Shown here: positions 31,046 through 32,000 of the stretch, piece by piece
How positions within the stretch are numbered: the stretch's first letter is position 1
Layout: every line of letters starts with the position of its first letter
Assembly (NCBI RefSeq): GCF_008065095.1
Contig: NZ_CP042911.1
Coordinates: forward strand, 8,490,001 to 8,522,000
Source: Gemmata obscuriglobus
GTDB taxonomy: Bacteria; Planctomycetota; Planctomycetia; Gemmatales; Gemmataceae
Direction of reading: 5' to 3'
DNA length: 32,000 bases
Translations under genes and position numbers: made by a program
Notes under the pieces: model-generated
What the model saw: only the letters and a program-made list of their open reading frames with translations
The model's database searches: none
What the model was told of the DNA's origin: nothing

Positions 31046-32000
31046 TTACCGCCAGTCGAACAGCGTCAATGCGAGCGCCGCGTTCGGTTCGGCTCGGTCC
31101 GAAGCGAAGACCGTTTTTGCCCCCCGGCCGTCTGCCCTCACCACACCGACCCGCCAACCGACACTCAACAATTCTCCGAACTGACGGTGGGAGTACAGGA
31201 ACCCGACGCGCGCCCCGTCGGGCGACCAGCGCACTCCGAACGGGTCGTTGGCGACATCCGCGCTACCGGGTTCGGACGCGACAACCGTGTGCGTGTTCCG
31301 CGCGAGGTCGAGAACGGCCACCCGAACCCCCGGCATGTGAACCGTTTCCTTTCCATCTTTGACCGGGTGCGTGGTTCCGTACTGGTACGCGACCCGCTTC
31401 CCGTCCGGTGACAGCGCGGCGCACACCACCGACATCAATGGTTCGGCGGCCTCCTTGGACGGACACAGCACCTCACTCGTCTTGCCGTCCGCAGAGACTT
31501 TGCACAACACCCCGCGGGTGCTGTACTCAAGGTTAAAATTAATCGAATGTTCGTCTCGGATCGTCAGGAACCACGTGCCGTCGGGAGCCCAGTCCACAAC
31601 CCGGTGATACTTTGGCACGTTCAGGGCGGTTGTTCTCCCCGCGCCCAAGTCGATCCGCACGTGCTCGTAGCCCTGGGGGCCGATCAGAGGTTGTGTGAAC
31701 CGGAATCCGACCGCCTTCTTCCCGTCCGGCGACCATGCCGTGATGTACGGCACCCCGCCCGCCGCGAACAGCGCCTCGTCCCCCTTCGCTGCCTTCACCG
31801 GAGCGACCACCGGAGGCGCCCCCGGGCTGAGCAGGTACAGCCCCTTGCGGGTATTGAGTGGGAGCCGGCCGTCCGGCGCGGCCCGCCCGCACGGGCCCAA
31901 CGGTTGCGCCAGGATCGCACTTAGCCCGCTTGTCGAAGAGAGCTTGGTTGCAGCCGTATGCCTCAACTCAACCCCTGCCCCGGCGTCCGCCTCCGTCACC
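31046..32000 (-). CDS. TolB-like / WD40-like (PD40) beta-propeller protein, N-terminus probably outside the window
   Basis: Repeated W(S/A)PDG motifs (ITAWSPDGKKAV, VVDWAPDGTWFL, ALSPDGKRVAYQ, VRWSPDGARVGF) are typical of PD40 propeller blades. The frame is open to the window edge and no signal peptide is visible. Confidence 0.7.
   Translation of the reverse strand, partial: VTEADAGAGVELRHTAATKLSSTSGLSAILAQPLGPCGRAAPDGRLPLNTRKGLYLLSPGAPPVVAPVKAAKGDEALFAAGGVPYITAWSPDGKKAVGFRFTQPLIGPQGYEHVRIDLGAGRTTALNVPKYHRVVDWAPDGTWFLTIRDEHSINFNLEYSTRGVLCKVSADGKTSEVLCPSKEAAEPLMSVVCAALSPDGKRVAYQYGTTHPVKDGKETVHMPGVRVAVLDLARNTHTVVASEPGSADVANDPFGVRWSPDGARVGFLYSHRQFGELLSVGWRVGVVRADGRGAKTVFASDRAEPNAALALTLFDWR

Overview
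GC-rich bacterial chromosomal window; third codon positions are almost all G/C, and long spurious ORFs occur in every frame. The gene content (DUF1571, DUF11 repeat protein, many prepilin-type N-termini, ISAs1 and ISKra4 insertion sequences) suggests Planctomycetota, possibly Gemmataceae. That assignment is inference only. Layout: (1) 1-293, right end of a window-truncated ISAs1-family IS. (2) 575-7880, ordinary genes: secreted PDZ protein, DinB-family protein, two hypotheticals, a 777-aa DUF11-repeat envelope protein, a Bax-inhibitor-1/YccA membrane protein and a DUF1571-like secreted protein. (3) 7971-10701, a nested IS pair: an ISAs1-type element inserted into the terminal inverted repeat of an ISKra4-type element, with both transposase genes broken by one frameshift at a homopolymer run. 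(4) 11005-22440, the main feature: a nine-gene co-directional type II secretion-like (pseudopilus) operon in canonical order gspE-F-G-H-I-J-K plus a GspL-like PilM-PilN fusion and an enlarged GspM/PilO-like protein. No secretin, GspC or prepilin peptidase is present in the window. The GspJ-like minor pseudopilin carries an unusual C-terminal Gly-rich RGG/GGM tail of about 150 aa. (5) 22441-22891, an ORF-poor gap of about 450 bp between convergent genes. (6) 22892-25730, a TrmJ-like RNA methyltransferase, a 4-TM membrane protein and a HEAT-repeat putative lipoprotein. (7) 26090-30904, a 1604-aa bitopic protein with an acidic Pro-rich N-terminal region full of repeated FE[FL]xLP motifs, one TM helix, a TPR/coiled-coil region and eight exact in-phase 33-bp (11-residue) repeats. 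(8) A perfect 50-bp palindrome terminator, then a window-truncated TolB-like beta-propeller gene. No rRNA, tRNA or CRISPR array was seen.
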